A stretch of DNA of 63,098 nucleotides, counting the filler, from Pelomyxa schiedti (Eukaryota; Protista; Evosea), in assembly GCA_020536535.1 (NCBI GenBank). It is 7 parts of 7 records of this genome, joined end to end, with 100 filler letters (N's around TTAATTAATTAA, not from the genome) between each part and the next. Parts side by side here need not be neighbours in the genome. Positions count along the whole stretch, not along the records: positions 35,244 to 37,067 come from JAHLWZ010002251.1; positions 37,168 to 53,355 come from JAHLWZ010000040.1; 5 more parts are not named here. One strand, given 5' to 3'. The notes below the pieces were generated by a model, which did not search any database, had not been told where the DNA came from, and was given only the letters and a program-made list of their open reading frames with translations. A program made the position numbers and the translations under genes. The number at the start of each line of letters is the position of its first letter. Positions within the stretch are counted from its first letter, which is position 1. Below are positions 35,270 through 48,078 of the stretch, piece by piece.

Positions 35270-36960
35270 GATCCATCATATCATATCCAGGGGAAGAGGC
35301 GTGACAGATGGCGATGGTGGTCCAACTATGCCACTGACAGGGCTTTCCTCCACTCCACTGGTGCCGGTTCTTCTTTTCTTGATCATTCTGGGTGTCATAG
35401 AACAGGATGACTGCTGTGGTTCTGCAGCCTGTTGTTCCTCTTCAGAAGCTTGTTCCTCATGTTGATGCTTTTCCGGTAATTCCTTTGAAACCTGGCACTC
35501 TTCAAGCGGCTTGGGTTCTACAGATTATAAATATCGCAAATAAACAGGAACAAAACTTTTACTGGGTGTATTTCCTTTGCGGATAACGAAAGAGTTAGAT
35601 TGAGCACTGACGTCAGTTGCAAAACATATGACATAATACTGGAGAGGAGTGTAAAATGGATCTCTGTTTGCAAATGTGAGGGATTGCATGTATTTTTTTT
35701 GGAGAAGTTTACATTGGTGAAGAACAATTGTATTTGCATCCGCTGCAGACAAAACGAACATTATCACCATCAGGAAAAGATTCCTTGGACCAAGAACCAA
35801 TTGTGAAAAGCTGCCCGCACGGTGTCATCGGTTCTGTTCAATTTGAGAAAACTACTACCACTACTCCGAATATTACTTACGGTATTGCCGCTTGGAATAG
35901 CATGTGCCATTTGCTGCGGCCCGGCATATATCCTCATCAGAAAGGCTCATAGCTTTCATCCAAGCTTTTGATACATCGACAGTCATCTGGAAAAATAATT
36001 CAGTATGAATGGAAATTGGAATGGATATCTTACGGTAAAGGGCTTGGTGGTCTCAACAGTGAATGTGCTGATGGAGATACGAGGATTTGGCGCTGAAGGC
36101 AATTGAGAACACGGAGGTTTTTGATAAAGTGACGAATTGTTGTCGGTTTCCCCTTCATTGAGGGGAAGAGGAGACACGGGCGATGGCCGTCCTACTATAT
36201 TATCACTGATAGGGTGTTTCAGTGCTCTGGCGGTTCTTCTTGGCTGGATCATTCTTGGCGTGACAAAGGGCCAAACAGCTGCTGTCTGCGGGAAGGTGGA
36301 AGGAGCCTGGCACTCTTCAAGCAGCCCGGGTTCTACAGATTATAAACTTGGAAAATAAAGGGGAGAAAAACTTTTACTGTGTGTATTTCCTTTGCGGAGA
36401 ATGAAAGGGTTCGATTGAGCACTGATGTCAGTTGCAAAACGGATTACATAATAGTGGAGAAGAGTGTAAAATGGATCTCTGTGACAAACGTCAGGGATTG
36501 TATTTATTTTGGAGAGAGGTTTACATTGGTGAAGAGCAATTATACTTGCATCCACTACAAACGAAACGAAGAACGTCATCATCATAAGAGTATTCCTGGG
36601 CCCAAGAACCGAATGTAAAAAGATGTCCACACAATGTCATCGGTTCTGTTCAATTTGAGAAAACTACTACCACTACTCCGATTATTACTTACGATATTGC
36701 CGCTTTGAATACCATGTGCCATTTGCTGCGGCTCTGCATATATCTACATCGGAAAGGCTCAGAGCTTTCATCCAAGCTTTTGAAACGTCGACAGTTATCT
36801 GGAAAAATGTGTCAATATGTATCAAAATTGCGGAATATATTACGGTAAAGGGCTTGGTGGTCTTAACAGTGAATGTGCTGATGAAGATACGAGGATTTGG
36901 CGCTGGACACAATTGAGAACGTAAGTCGTTTTTGAGAAAACGACGAACCATTCATTCTCA
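35270..36960 (-). other. Tandemly duplicated (about 0.83 kb) multi-exon coding fragment, possibly a CudA/p53-like DNA-binding domain, partly degenerate
   Basis: 35500-36140 and 36310-36950 are direct repeats with conserved introns. One copy reads VRFVCSGCKYNCSSP-DPFYTPLQYYVICFATDVSAQSNSFVIRK. The domain call is a weak recollection only. Confidence 0.35.
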
Positions 36961-37462
36961 ACACATTTCTGTCTCCATCCTTGGAGTAAAAAAGTGAATA
37001 AAGAAATTTGAAGGTGAAGTGGATGTAAACCTGAACAAAGCCTTGTTGAGGAAGGGGGATAACGTTGNNNNNNNNNNNNNNNNNNNNNNNNNNNNNNNNN
37101 NNNNNNNNNNNTTAATTAATTAANNNNNNNNNNNNNNNNNNNNNNNNNNNNNNNNNNNNNNNNNNNNACAGAGAAGTGGACAGGGACACCAGACACATTG
37201 AGGAACGTGGTTCCGCCTTGAGTGGTGGTCCCGTAACTAGAAATTGCGAACAATTATGCAATGAGTGAGGGGATGCGTGTATGTAGAGGAGGCACCGTAC
37301 CAGTCCCCCGTGTATGAACACCTCCTCAACGCATCCACATCAACATCCACATCCGCACCCACATGTGCACGCCGGTTGTCATGTCGTACAAGAGAGAAAT
37401 AGATGGCTCAAGGATGCACGAATAAAGCGTCGAATTTCTTCGGCTTTTTGGTAACAGCCAAG

Positions 37463-37548
37463 TGGCAGAATAAAAAAAACTGCAGACCGCCGATCCTGGG
37501 ATCGCGACGATAACGATAAATGGCCGCGTTCCGGTCTGTTGATTATTT
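37463..37548. mobile_element. Diverged, inverted copy of the 91-bp TIR element
   Basis: TGGCAGAATAAAAAAAACTGCAGACCGCCGATCCTG...CGACGATAACGA...GCGTTCCGGTCTGTTGATTATTT matches the reverse complement of 9149-9239. Confidence 0.7.
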
Positions 37549-37708
37549 GAAAGGAACCATCAAAGCTCTTAAGCTTGAGTCCCCAGTCGACGAACCATCT
37601 TGTTTCCGGACTCGAATCGACGGTGTGGTTCGGATCCACCTTCGACGTTGAAGCTCTTCTAACCCTTAAGTTGACTCATCCTTGGGCCTGATAAAAAATC
37701 GTAGGAGG

Positions 37709-38602
37709 ATGCGACGTACAAAAGTGTGTGCACTTCAGGAGTACATCAAAACCAAGGGACCAGCACTGGATCTGAGCAGTAACCTACTTACTACCTCGTC
37801 ACTCTCGTTGTTGTTATCGTGATGTTGCTGTTGTTGTTGTTCCAATTCACTCACGTTGGCCACTTGTAGATACAGACCTCATCCATGGTGATGGCATAGC
37901 GATTTACCTGAGAAACGTGGAAGAGTTGTCCCTTGATGGTGGGTGACCCTTTTGGATTTGTTGATCGAGCAAGCCTCACTGCTCTTCTTCAGGGACACTG
38001 TTTGAACAGGGGTGTGATGAATTCTGGAGCATGGTAAGCAGTTCACGTGTACTCAGGACACTCAGGACACTGAGGCTTGCTGGTTTTCCTCTCTTTCATG
38101 GAGGGTGACAATGACTCCCTTTTTAGGTGCACATTTGACACCAGGGGCAGCAGATGGGCTCATACGTCTACTGCAAAATTCAGCCTCCATAAGTTCCCTG
38201 GATATCTCTGGTTGATTTCCCCTCTCCAGCTTCCATTTGAACACACCCACATCCAACACAAGGAAACCCAAATCTTGGTGATGATGCTGGTCGAAAAATA
38301 CTTGCAGTCATTACTCCGCGTATCACTCACTTGAACTGTGAGGGTACGGCCGTTTTATTTTTGTTGGGACACTCTGAAAAATTGCCACAGGATGTGGATT
38401 CTCACATGAAACTTGCTGCTTGATCACAAGCAAGGTGAATACCAATCGTAGGAATCAAGGCCTTGAGCCACAACCACAGCTGTCCCCTTCAGAAAAGTCA
38501 TCAGCAACCCAAATAATTTCATTGATCAAGAGGGAATTTGGTGCTTTGGGGGTTGATTTCAACCAAGAACAAGACATTCAAGCATTGGTGCAAATCCTGA
38601 AG
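37709..38602 (+). CDS. LRR-coiled coil family member L1 (5' part, cut by a gap)
   Basis: The spliced product has ALDLS, VEELSLDG, LRTLRLAG, ISSLDISG-NPNLGDD and ITHLNCEGCG, which are RI-like LRRs. Same exon structure as 45091 and 48079. Confidence 0.75.
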
Positions 38603-38702
38603 NNNNNNNNNNNNNNNNNNNNNNNNNNNNNNNNNNNNNNNNNNNNNNNNNNNNNNNNNNNNNNNNNNNNNNNNNNNNNNNNNNNNNNNNNNNNNNNNNN
38701 NN

Positions 38703-38855
38703 TGTTTTTGTTTTTGTTTTTGTTTTTGTTTTTGTTTTTGTTTTTGTTTTTGTTTTTGTTTTTGTTTTTGTTTTTGTTTTTGTTTTTGTTTTTGTTTTTG
38801 TTTTTGTTTTTGTTTTTGTTTTTGTTTTTGTTTTTGTTTTTGTTTTTGTTTTTGT
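38703..38855. repeat. (TGTTTT)n microsatellite
   Basis: About 25 perfect units next to a scaffold gap. Confidence 0.95.
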
Positions 38856-38862
38856 TGGATGG

Positions 38863-41800
38863 TTACCAAAGTTGATCAGTTTTTGGGATCCTAGGAAATC
38901 TTGGTTGCCTTCGTTTACGAAGGTGAGGTCTGATAGAACTACCCCTAGATATGGGACTGCCTGAAAATAGGGAAAAGGTAAGTGCTTTGCCGTTGGAAGA
39001 GGGAAAAATTACGGGGGATGCTGCAGCATCTAGGGCAACTCTCAGCTTTTTATAGTTGCCATTTAGGTCAACAAGTGCTTCAAGGTCACTGAAGTGTTGT
39101 TTCTCTTGTTTGGTGAGTACTTTCTTGTTCAAGTACTGTTAACCATTTGTTAATTGATAGTGGTGAGGTTGAATATATTTTACCTCATGTGTGTGGTGTA
39201 GTCTTACAACCGGAGCGGATCGAAGCGCTGCAACTGCGGCAACACAGGAATGGAAATTGTTCAATGCCAGGCATTCCTATGTCATTTTTAGAGGAGGAAA
39301 TACAAAAATAATGTCAGGAGACCTTTGCGAAAAGTATGATGTGACGGATTATTTCGGCTCGCTTCTTCTTGTCTTGATTTAGTAGGATTTCACTAGTAAG
39401 CCATAGAGATATCTGTTGTTTTGTTAGGAAGTTTGAGTTTCTGTGGTGCCTTAACCTTGTTCCATAGTACTGTCATTGCTGAAATGTTGGCTGCTTCAGC
39501 ACGTCTAGGGTCACCTACTGGTTTGTTCCAAGCTTGACTGAGAAATTCACTGAGTTTTATCTTTCTGAAAGACTGGCTGTCAAGCAGTGTGACCTGCCGC
39601 GCCAGCTCTGTTGGACTTATATCCAAGAACTCGAAGTTCCGCAAAGATTGAGCACTGATTATTGGTGGAGGAGCAGATGATCCTATCTCAAGGCTCAAGG
39701 GCTAAATGGTGTTATTTATCGTACTAAAAGAAGTGGCAGACCTCTCTTGTTAGCATCTTGATGACATTTCGCGCAACGTGGGGGTTTATGATAATGTTAT
39801 GAGCAAATAATTGCAACAGCGTTTTCAGCTCTTCCGACTCGGTGACTGTAAAAGAGAAGGGAAAATGAGGAAAAAAATAGTTTTACGGATGTTGAATACA
39901 ATCGCCGCGATACCTGTTTAAAATACGTTACAAGAAAAAAATGGGAATGAAAAGAGACTTATCAAGCCAGACTTGCAAAACGTAAATGACTCTGGGGTAA
40001 CCTAGTTAGAAACAAATTGTAAATGTCGTAGCTACCTGACTTGGATGGTGTCTCTATTTTTAAGATAGCGTTCCTTAGCCTCTGGTGTCATGCTAGGGGA
40101 TGGGTCTGGCATAACATATCTAGAGAAAATTAAAAAGCAAAAACAGTATGGGAAAAAAACCGTGCCACAAGTGTCTTCAGTAATTCAGTGGGTGTTGTGA
40201 ATGTACGATATGTAAGTAAAAGGGAGGTGACAAAGCTGTTATCTGAGAAGAGGTAAACATATACTAGATTGATAAATAATCCAACCAATGGGAGTACTTG
40301 GAGTCACTTTTTCAATCAACTTAGGGAGTGTGGCCGCCAAAATTTCTTTTTGTTGCTTTGAGGATGCTACGTGTATGTCAAGGGCAGTTAAATAACGAAT
40401 GCACATACCCTCCAGTTTTGCAGCAGCCGGAGTTGTAGCTGGAGGTTTCATCTGAAAATAGGGTGAGATAGTCAGAAGCAAAGTAATACTACATACTTCC
40501 ATCCATAATATATTGTCATCTGTATCGGCATCTGCAAATGGGTACTCGCCATGAACTGGGAAGGGATTTTTCCCGTCACGGATCAATTCTTCGTACATCT
40601 TTCTCCAAAGGGTAGCAGTATCAGCAGTGCAGCTTACAATGGACAGTGCTGGGGTGTGTGTTGAGGGATGGGGACTTTCACTTCTCGGCTTTTCAGTCCC
40701 AGAGGTAGGTGCTCCTGCATTGCTTCCTATTACGGGCCGGGCACTGTTTTTAACCAGGCTGGCCAAGTTCATTTCAGTTCGCATATGAACAAGTTTTGAC
40801 TCTGTTCGGGAAATCACATCTGTCGACTTTGTAAGCTCCTGTTCGGACTGTGAAAGAGCACTTTGTAGTGCGTCGAGCTGCTGAAGTAAGAAAGGGTATT
40901 GAATGCCGTGAGGTCAACCTGGGTGTTGAAGGATTGGACTTCTCTTTCTTTGGAGAACTTTTTGAACAACTTTTCAATCGTAGTTGACAACTCCTCCTTT
41001 AGTTGTTCTTTATCACGTTCACTTTGAGTCAGCAAATCTCTAAACGTAAACAATAAATAAAAAATTACACATGATGTGGAAGAGACCTCAAGACATTCAC
41101 TTTTTGTTGAAGCAACTGTTTTGCTGTTGTAAGCTGTGTAACCTGAAGCTTGAAGGCGGAAACTTGTTGTTCAAGTAACAACCTCTCTTTATCAGGACCA
41201 GTTCGTGGGCCTTGCCTGACGAATGAGGTCAAAGAAATGAATGGGGAAATGGAAAATACTGCAAGGTTCGAATTTCCTCATGAGAGGTATCCAGTTTTTG
41301 TGAAAGTGCTGCATTTGTTCTCCTCAGGCCTGAGTTTTCTGCTCTCAGTTGTTCTATCTCATGCCTCATGGCTTCTACGGCAGCATTTCCTGCATGAAAA
41401 TGAGTTGGGTTTTTAGAGAAACAACCTTGCAGCAAATTCGGATCTATGATACAGCTTGTCTGTTGGAATATTGTTATCTTATAACCGACGCATAGGGTGG
41501 AGTGTTACTCTTTGAGCGCAGGAATCAAATTCGGAGTACTCTTTGCCCACAGAGAGCTCTTCTATGGTTTTGGCGGGGGTATCTACAGGAGGTGCCTTAT
41601 CACGGAAGTGAGAGGAGGGTTTAAAGTGCGGGGCTGGCTACAGGTGCGTGCATATGCGGCAGTGATTTTGATGGTGTTCCAGGCTCAGCAGCTTTTCTTG
41701 TTCCCATCAGAGGTGCGTCGTGGCGTAAGTGATTGCCTTTCCCAATTTCCAAGTCAAATCCACCATGTGGCCCAGGACTCCGTGATGGAGTCATCCCAGG

Positions 41801-42378
41801 AGAAGTTGGTATTTGCCCTATCCCAAAAGTGTGTGTACTTGTAGTAGTAGTAGTAGTAGTTGCAGTATTACTACTAGTAGTAATTTCACCACCCAAAGAC
41901 GGGGATTGGCTCTGATCCACACCAGAATTTGCCAAATCCAGCGAGACAATTCCAGAACCGGAATCACCAGGTTGTGACGTCACCGCGTACGCAACTGCAG
42001 GCGGCGGAGGCGCCTTGAACGTAGGCAGCCTCGTCGTCGTCCCAGTCCCAGTGCCAGTTGAACTATTGGCGCCAACATTCGCCGAGGCAGAATTAGATCC
42101 AGATCCAACAGTGGCAGGAGTGGTGGCATTTGTGCTGCTATTAATAGGCGTTGGCGGGGCTGGGCCCCCGGGCCTGTGGGCCATCACGATCGGCGACGCC
42201 GTGGGGAGGGAGCGGCCTCCCATAATTGGGGGCTGCGACGACGGCGGCGGGGGCGGTGATGTTGACTGGGACGGCGCCGGTGATGGCGTACCTCCGCGCG
42301 AGCCTACACACGCCCGTCAGCATTGTGGGTGGTTTGTTGTTTGGACTACAACAGCGAAAAAACGGTACCTGAACTCAT
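38863..42378 (-). CDS. Ras guanine nucleotide exchange factor (REM plus CDC25 domains), multi-exon, 3' end lost at the gap
   Basis: ATG at 42378 in a 10-nt first exon, then a Pro/Ser/Thr-rich region and a coiled coil. REM: AATLPKLIEK, SFLLTYRTFTTPTELL. CDC25: FLDISPTELARQVTL, LNNFHS, NYKKLR, PYLGVVLSDLTFVNEGN, KLINF. Confidence 0.9.
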
Positions 42379-42524
42379 CGTCCTTCTGGTGGCGAAGTTT
42401 TGTTCTTTTTCGTTTGATGAGGTTTCACGTAACGGTTCGTACATCAAATTTTGGTGATGGGTGTTCAATTTATTACAAAGGCTGTTTGTTTGTTGTTTTC
42501 CATTTGTTTCTTTTGTGTTAATTC

Positions 42525-44873
42525 TCAACCTCTGTTGGCATATAGCTGGGCAGCACGTCTTACAATCCTTTTTATGTTGATGTGGCCTGGTGGCTGTAAG
42601 TAGAGCTTCTGAATATAGCCTATAATTGCTTCAAGTGAATTGAGTGTGACCAAGTGCGGTGCTATGCTGTTCAGTAGCTCAGTACAGACATACGGTAGGA
42701 ATTCAACAAATCCTTTGTATTCTCCCGACCTTGGTGCGGTGTTGTTGGAACGAGGGAAAAATCAAGCGAGGGAGGAATTACCGGCATTTAAAAGCAATGA
42801 AATGATCAAATAGAACTACGGAATCGGTGATCTTCAAGTCCCGCAGAAGGAGACAGAGAAACCATCTGCCTTTATATGAGTTTCTAGCACACTATTTTTG
42901 TTTGAGTAAACCGGAAAGCAAAGTGGTGCAACATGACACCGTTTCTCTCCAAATGAGCGAGTGCACGTGCTGTAACACCAATTACTTTAATTTAATGTGC
43001 CCGGTAGGGGGGTAAAACATACAATTCGTGTCAACCAACAGAGTTCGAAAGGACTCAATCATTTCTTGTGCAAAAATAAAACCGTTTGAGGGTGACGCAA
43101 GAGGCTTGGCAAATGTTAAGGAATGAAAATTAAGGAGCGCCGCCATACAATCAGTTGCTCCATCACTTTGCTCAAACAGAAAAAGGTGTCGGCCTCAATA
43201 AACTGCAAAGAAACAGGTGGCAAACAATCCATAACCTTTAAGTCACCTACCAACAAATTACTGGAATGCCAAAAAACTTCAATGTTCTGAACCTCTTGTT
43301 GCCGATAATAGGAACACAATCATAAAGATTGTTGGAATTTCGTTCAACCTGTCACGAAAATTAATATTGATATCGCGTTGGCAGTTCACAGTTCACATTA
43401 CCCCTGGAAGTAGCCAATTTGGTCATGTTGCTTTGCCCATATAAACAAAATTCGCTTCAACATGAGTCTGACATTGGGTGTCGCTAGCGCTTGGCTGAAT
43501 CCAAAAGGGTATGTGCGGAGCACATCAGTGTCAATCTGATAATACCTGACAATTAAATATAAATAAGCCACTTGATTTGGAAGAAAAGCCCATACAATGA
43601 AAGGTCTGGATCATTTCCAATGTAGTTCGCAAGGCAGATGTTGGGACCACTCCGTGTATTTGAGCTTGTTTCTGGAGGTGTTTCAGCAGGAAGAGGAGTG
43701 GCAGTTGCAGTGGGAGTTGGAGTTGGAGGTAAATTGGATATTTGAGGTTCCGGAGTTGGAGTTGGATCAGTGGGAATCACATTGAAAAATGATGCTGGGA
43801 CAGTTGCAGGTGGTGGGTTGATTGAAGGGATCGGCGGAATTGGATGTGCCGGTGGGGTGTGTTTATGTGGTGAGGGTGAGGGTTGTTGGGTGCCTTGAAC
43901 ACCAGTTGACAACTGGATAGAAGCTAGCTGTTGCCTTAAAAGCTCTTGCTGTTCACCAAGCCTTTTTTTTTGGTCCTCTTCCATCTGCTGCCTCAATTTC
44001 GCTTGCTCTTCAATGAGCAGCTTGTGGCACTGGTCTTGAGCTTGCTGCAACTGCTGGGGGCTCTGCGAACAAATGGAGCGGACTTTCGAGTCGACTGGGT
44101 TGTACGTCTCTCTTATCAACGCGGAATACTGATGCATGATATCTCTGTGTGCCCTCCGGTGCAAAGAAAGTTGAGGTGGAAGCACGCCGAGCATAATCAG
44201 CCAGACCGTGGCACGTGCCTGTGTTGGGGTCTTATTGTTCCACAATGACTGTGTCAATTCATCTGTTGAGAATATAAATACCCTCGGATCGAAGAGTATA
44301 CAAATCTATTGGTATATATTTTCATATATATTTACTCGGCGTTTGAAGTTAACTACCTATGCTTGCAGTAAGGTCGTTCTTCATCATCATGTCCTTGAAC
44401 TTTGCCACCACATCATCGGACATTATTGGAGGCAAGTTTTCCAAGTCAGCCTCCTCCCCTTCCGGCTCCACCACAACAATTTCGTCATCCTCTGCACCAC
44501 CCGGTGTGCTCGAAAGAGGTGCATTGCCAGTTGTATTGCCACTACTGCTGCTAGAACTACTGCTACTACTAGTAGCAGCAGCTCCTCCACTCTCATTATT
44601 ACTATCAGGAACAATACTAACTGTAGGAGTAGGAAAATTTTCGGCAGTCTTTGCAGTAACACATGACGTGGGATTCACACTCTGCGGTGATGCTGGTACG
44701 TTGCCCGGCTGATGTTGCGTGTTGTCGGCGGTTGTGTCCAACGAACCGCCAAACACGCCACTGACGCCAATCCCCGGCGAGACGTCGCGTCGGTATCCGG
44801 TACCCGTCGTTGACGAAGGAGGAGCGCTGGTTGCAGTTATGGGATAGCTGCTGTTGTCACTGTCCGACGTCAT
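42525..44873 (-). CDS. TBC-domain Rab GTPase-activating protein, multi-exon
   Basis: RATVWLIMLG, arginine finger QIDTDVLRT, glutamine finger GYFQGLNEI and IEADTFFCL. Ends RIVRRAAQLYANRG* at TGA 42525. Confidence 0.9.
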
Positions 44874-45090
44874 ACGGAGTGGCGTGGGGTCTCGGCCTGA
44901 TGGTTACTTTTTGATGGTGATTCAAAAGAGCTGAATCCGGTAGAGGGGCTGGAACCTTTCAGTAGCTTTACGACCTGCTTGACCAACACAACCTTTTTGT
45001 GAAGAAAATGAGGGAGGGTTACAGGATAACTCACGCAGTTCCAGGCCTGTTTTTGACCGAACGCAGCAAAAAATCTCTTTTCCATCACGG

Positions 45091-47946
45091 ATGTCGCTGA
45101 AGGTGAACGTGCTCAAGGAGTACGCCAAAACCAAGGGACCAACACTGGACCTGAGCAGTACTTCCCCCGCCCCCCCCCCCAGCCCCCTCGACCACCGCGC
45201 CGTCCCCGGTGTTGTTGTTATAACCCAATCGACTCACGTTTGATGTCCACGTTGTTTAGACACAGACATGGTGAAGGGTGGGGGGCTGGCGATATACATG
45301 AGAAACGTGGAAGACCTTAACCTCAGTGGTGCCACTACACTTGGAACTTTTTTTTTTTGTCTAGACACTCTTCTTCAGGGACTCTTTTTCAACAAGGGTG
45401 CGAGGAATTCTGGAATGTGGTCACTGCTTCACGTGTACTCAGGACACTGAGGCTTGCTGGTTTTCCTCTCTTGCACAGAGCCTTACAGTGACTCTCTTTT
45501 AAGGTGCACAGTTGATACCAACGGCAGCAGATGGGCTCATTTGGCTAATGACAGCTTCTGCTAGCATAAGTTCTCTGGATATCTCAGGTTGGTTTCCCAC
45601 CTTTTCGAAATTTGAACACACCCACATCCAACACAAGGCAACCCAAATCTTGGTGATGATGCTGGTCGAAAAATCCTTGAGGGTATATCTCCACGTATCA
45701 CTCACTTGAAGATTGATGGTGTGACCTTTTTCTTTTGTTGATACACTCTGAAAATTGCCACAGGATGTGGATTCTCACTGGAGACTTGCTGCTTGATCAC
45801 AGACAAGGTGCACACCAATCGTATCAATAAAGGCCTTGAGCCAGAAGTACATGAACAGTATCAAATAATTTCATTCCTCAAGAGGGAATTTGGTGCATTG
45901 GGGATTGATTTCAACCAACAACGAGAATTCAATGCAATGGTGCAAATACTGAAGGCTGGCTTTCAGAAGGTTGGGACAACGGTCACAATTTCCTTTGAAT
46001 CACTTTTCCAGGTGAAGGATGAGAACAACATTCTCCAAGCTCGTCTCTCAGCTTGTGAGACTGCACAAGTGCAATTACAGGTTTCCCAGAAGAAGTGGGA
46101 AGAAGACACCACACATTTCCAGGTTATGGCCATATATATAATATAAAATTATATTATATGTCTCATGCCCATTCTTCAGGATGATATCAAAGTACTCCAA
46201 ACGCATCTGTTGGGCTGTGAGACTGCGAAGCACAACTTGCAAGCCCAATTACAGGCCTCCCAGAAGTGGGAAGAAGAGGCAACACACCTCCAGGTTTTGG
46301 AACGAAAAACAATTTCTTGTTATCCAACTTTCTCACACTACATCTCCAAAATAGGATGATAACAGAACCCTCCAGTCTCGTCTGTTGGATTGTGAGACTG
46401 AAAAGAACAAGTTCCTGGCTGATGCAACACATTGCCAGGTGATAGAACAACATACAACACCCACAATTCTCACTCACGTCTCCATCTTCAGGTTGAAATA
46501 CGAATTCTCCAATCTCGTCTATCAGAATGTGAGACGGCAAAGAACAACAAGTTGCAAGCCCAATTCCAGGCTTTACTGACGCAACGGGAAGAAGAGATAA
46601 CACAGTACCAGGTTGTGCAACTCAACCTGAACCAGAAAATTGAGGAACTGGAGCAAAGGCTCCAACAACAGCGGAAACAACTCCAGCAATACGAAAATGA
46701 AGCTCAACTTATGCCTTCGAAGGAGTTGCTTCCAGGAAGCCACGAGTGCAGTTCACCAGTATTGCCTGAACTCACAGCAGCTTTCAAACTGGCCACACAG
46801 CTCAGATCACAGTTGAAAGAATCGGCACCACAGTTTGTTTCTCTTGTGGAGTCACTCAACAAACTGAGCAAGAGCCTCCAAACAGCCACACAGCACAATG
46901 AGAAGCTTGCATCCCACCTGCGGGATATCATTACGTTGAAGGACACACTGAAAAATCAACTCGAGGAAACTTGTGACTCTTGCCAGAAGGTTCTTGGGCA
47001 GACACTGACGGCTCAAAACAGTGAGGCAGAAATTCAGCAGTGCTTAAGGAACATCTCCGAATTGACAAAGAAGGTGTGGGGAATCAAACCAGTGAGCTGT
47101 GTGACTGAAAGCACCAATGACGCCCTTATTCCCTCACCACCAAAAGGTATTTTATGACTTCCTTAGCAAGACTTTAACAAAAAACCAAACAGGCATTGAG
47201 AACTTGTTGAAACCTGGGGTTTGTTTGCCAGAACAATGTCTGTCTAATACCACAACACAAGTGGAGGAACCTTTCCATTTTCTGGGCACACTCACTCACA
47301 CACTCACTCAACTTCAAGGGTGCCAGTTTGAGGAGTGCACTAAACTTGCAGACCAACACACCATGCTGTCAAAGCAGCTCTCTGAGCAGGTAACACTTGG
47401 TCACAACCTCCACAAGCAAATCGAAGTGATGCAAGGATCCTGTTCGGAGTTGATGAGGGAACACAAAACCAAGTGGGTGCTGAAGTGTGGGCTGGAGGGT
47501 AACGAGCAGTTCATTGCATTGCCACATGTGTGGTCAATGCTCTCTGAGGTGCTCCCTCAGGCTCAACAGGCTGTCATTGACCTCATTGTTTCCAAGTCAA
47601 CCTCTTCCAGCAACCATCAGAGACAAACACCAGTTATGCCACAGCAGACAACACTTCCAGGGTGCACTTCGACTTCAACCACCTCCTCATCAGCATCAGC
47701 CTTCCAACAACTTTCTGGTGCCAGCTCCAATGATGTGGATAAGTGCCTTGTGTGTGATGAGAGGCCACCCAGTGTTTGCTTCCAGCCCTGTGGTCATGTT
47801 GTCGTGTGCTCTGAGGTTTGTTTCCTTTTAGTGTTGCCTCTCCCATTAACGCTTCTCTATCGCCACCAAAAATACAGTGCTCAGGAGTCGTAAAGAGGTG
47901 CACACTGTGCCGCACTCTCATTCAACACAAGCAAACCCTTTTCTGA
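45091..47946 (+). CDS. L2: LRR, long coiled coil and C-terminal IAP/MGRN-type RING finger (putative E3 ligase)
   Basis: ATG at 45091 and LRR exons as in L1/L3. The spliced C-terminus is CLVCDERPPSVCFQPCGHVVVCSE-CSGVVKRCTLCRTLIQHKQTLF*, ending at TGA 47944-47946. Confidence 0.8.
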
Positions 47947-48078
47947 GAACGTTCTACCAAGAACAATTCGATAGGGAGCTGAATGAGACTCACCAACTCT
48001 GTGTGGCTCCACTAACTTGGTTTCGGCTGCTTTGATCACCGCAGATCAAAAACTTTTTTTCAGTGAAACACCCCACGG

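Noticed and set aside
38400-38425. Apparent in-frame TGA (…MKLAA*) conserved in LRR paralogs, hinting at recoding or selenocysteine
   Set aside because: After splicing at CCACAG the correct frame reads GCGFSHETCCLIT with no stop.
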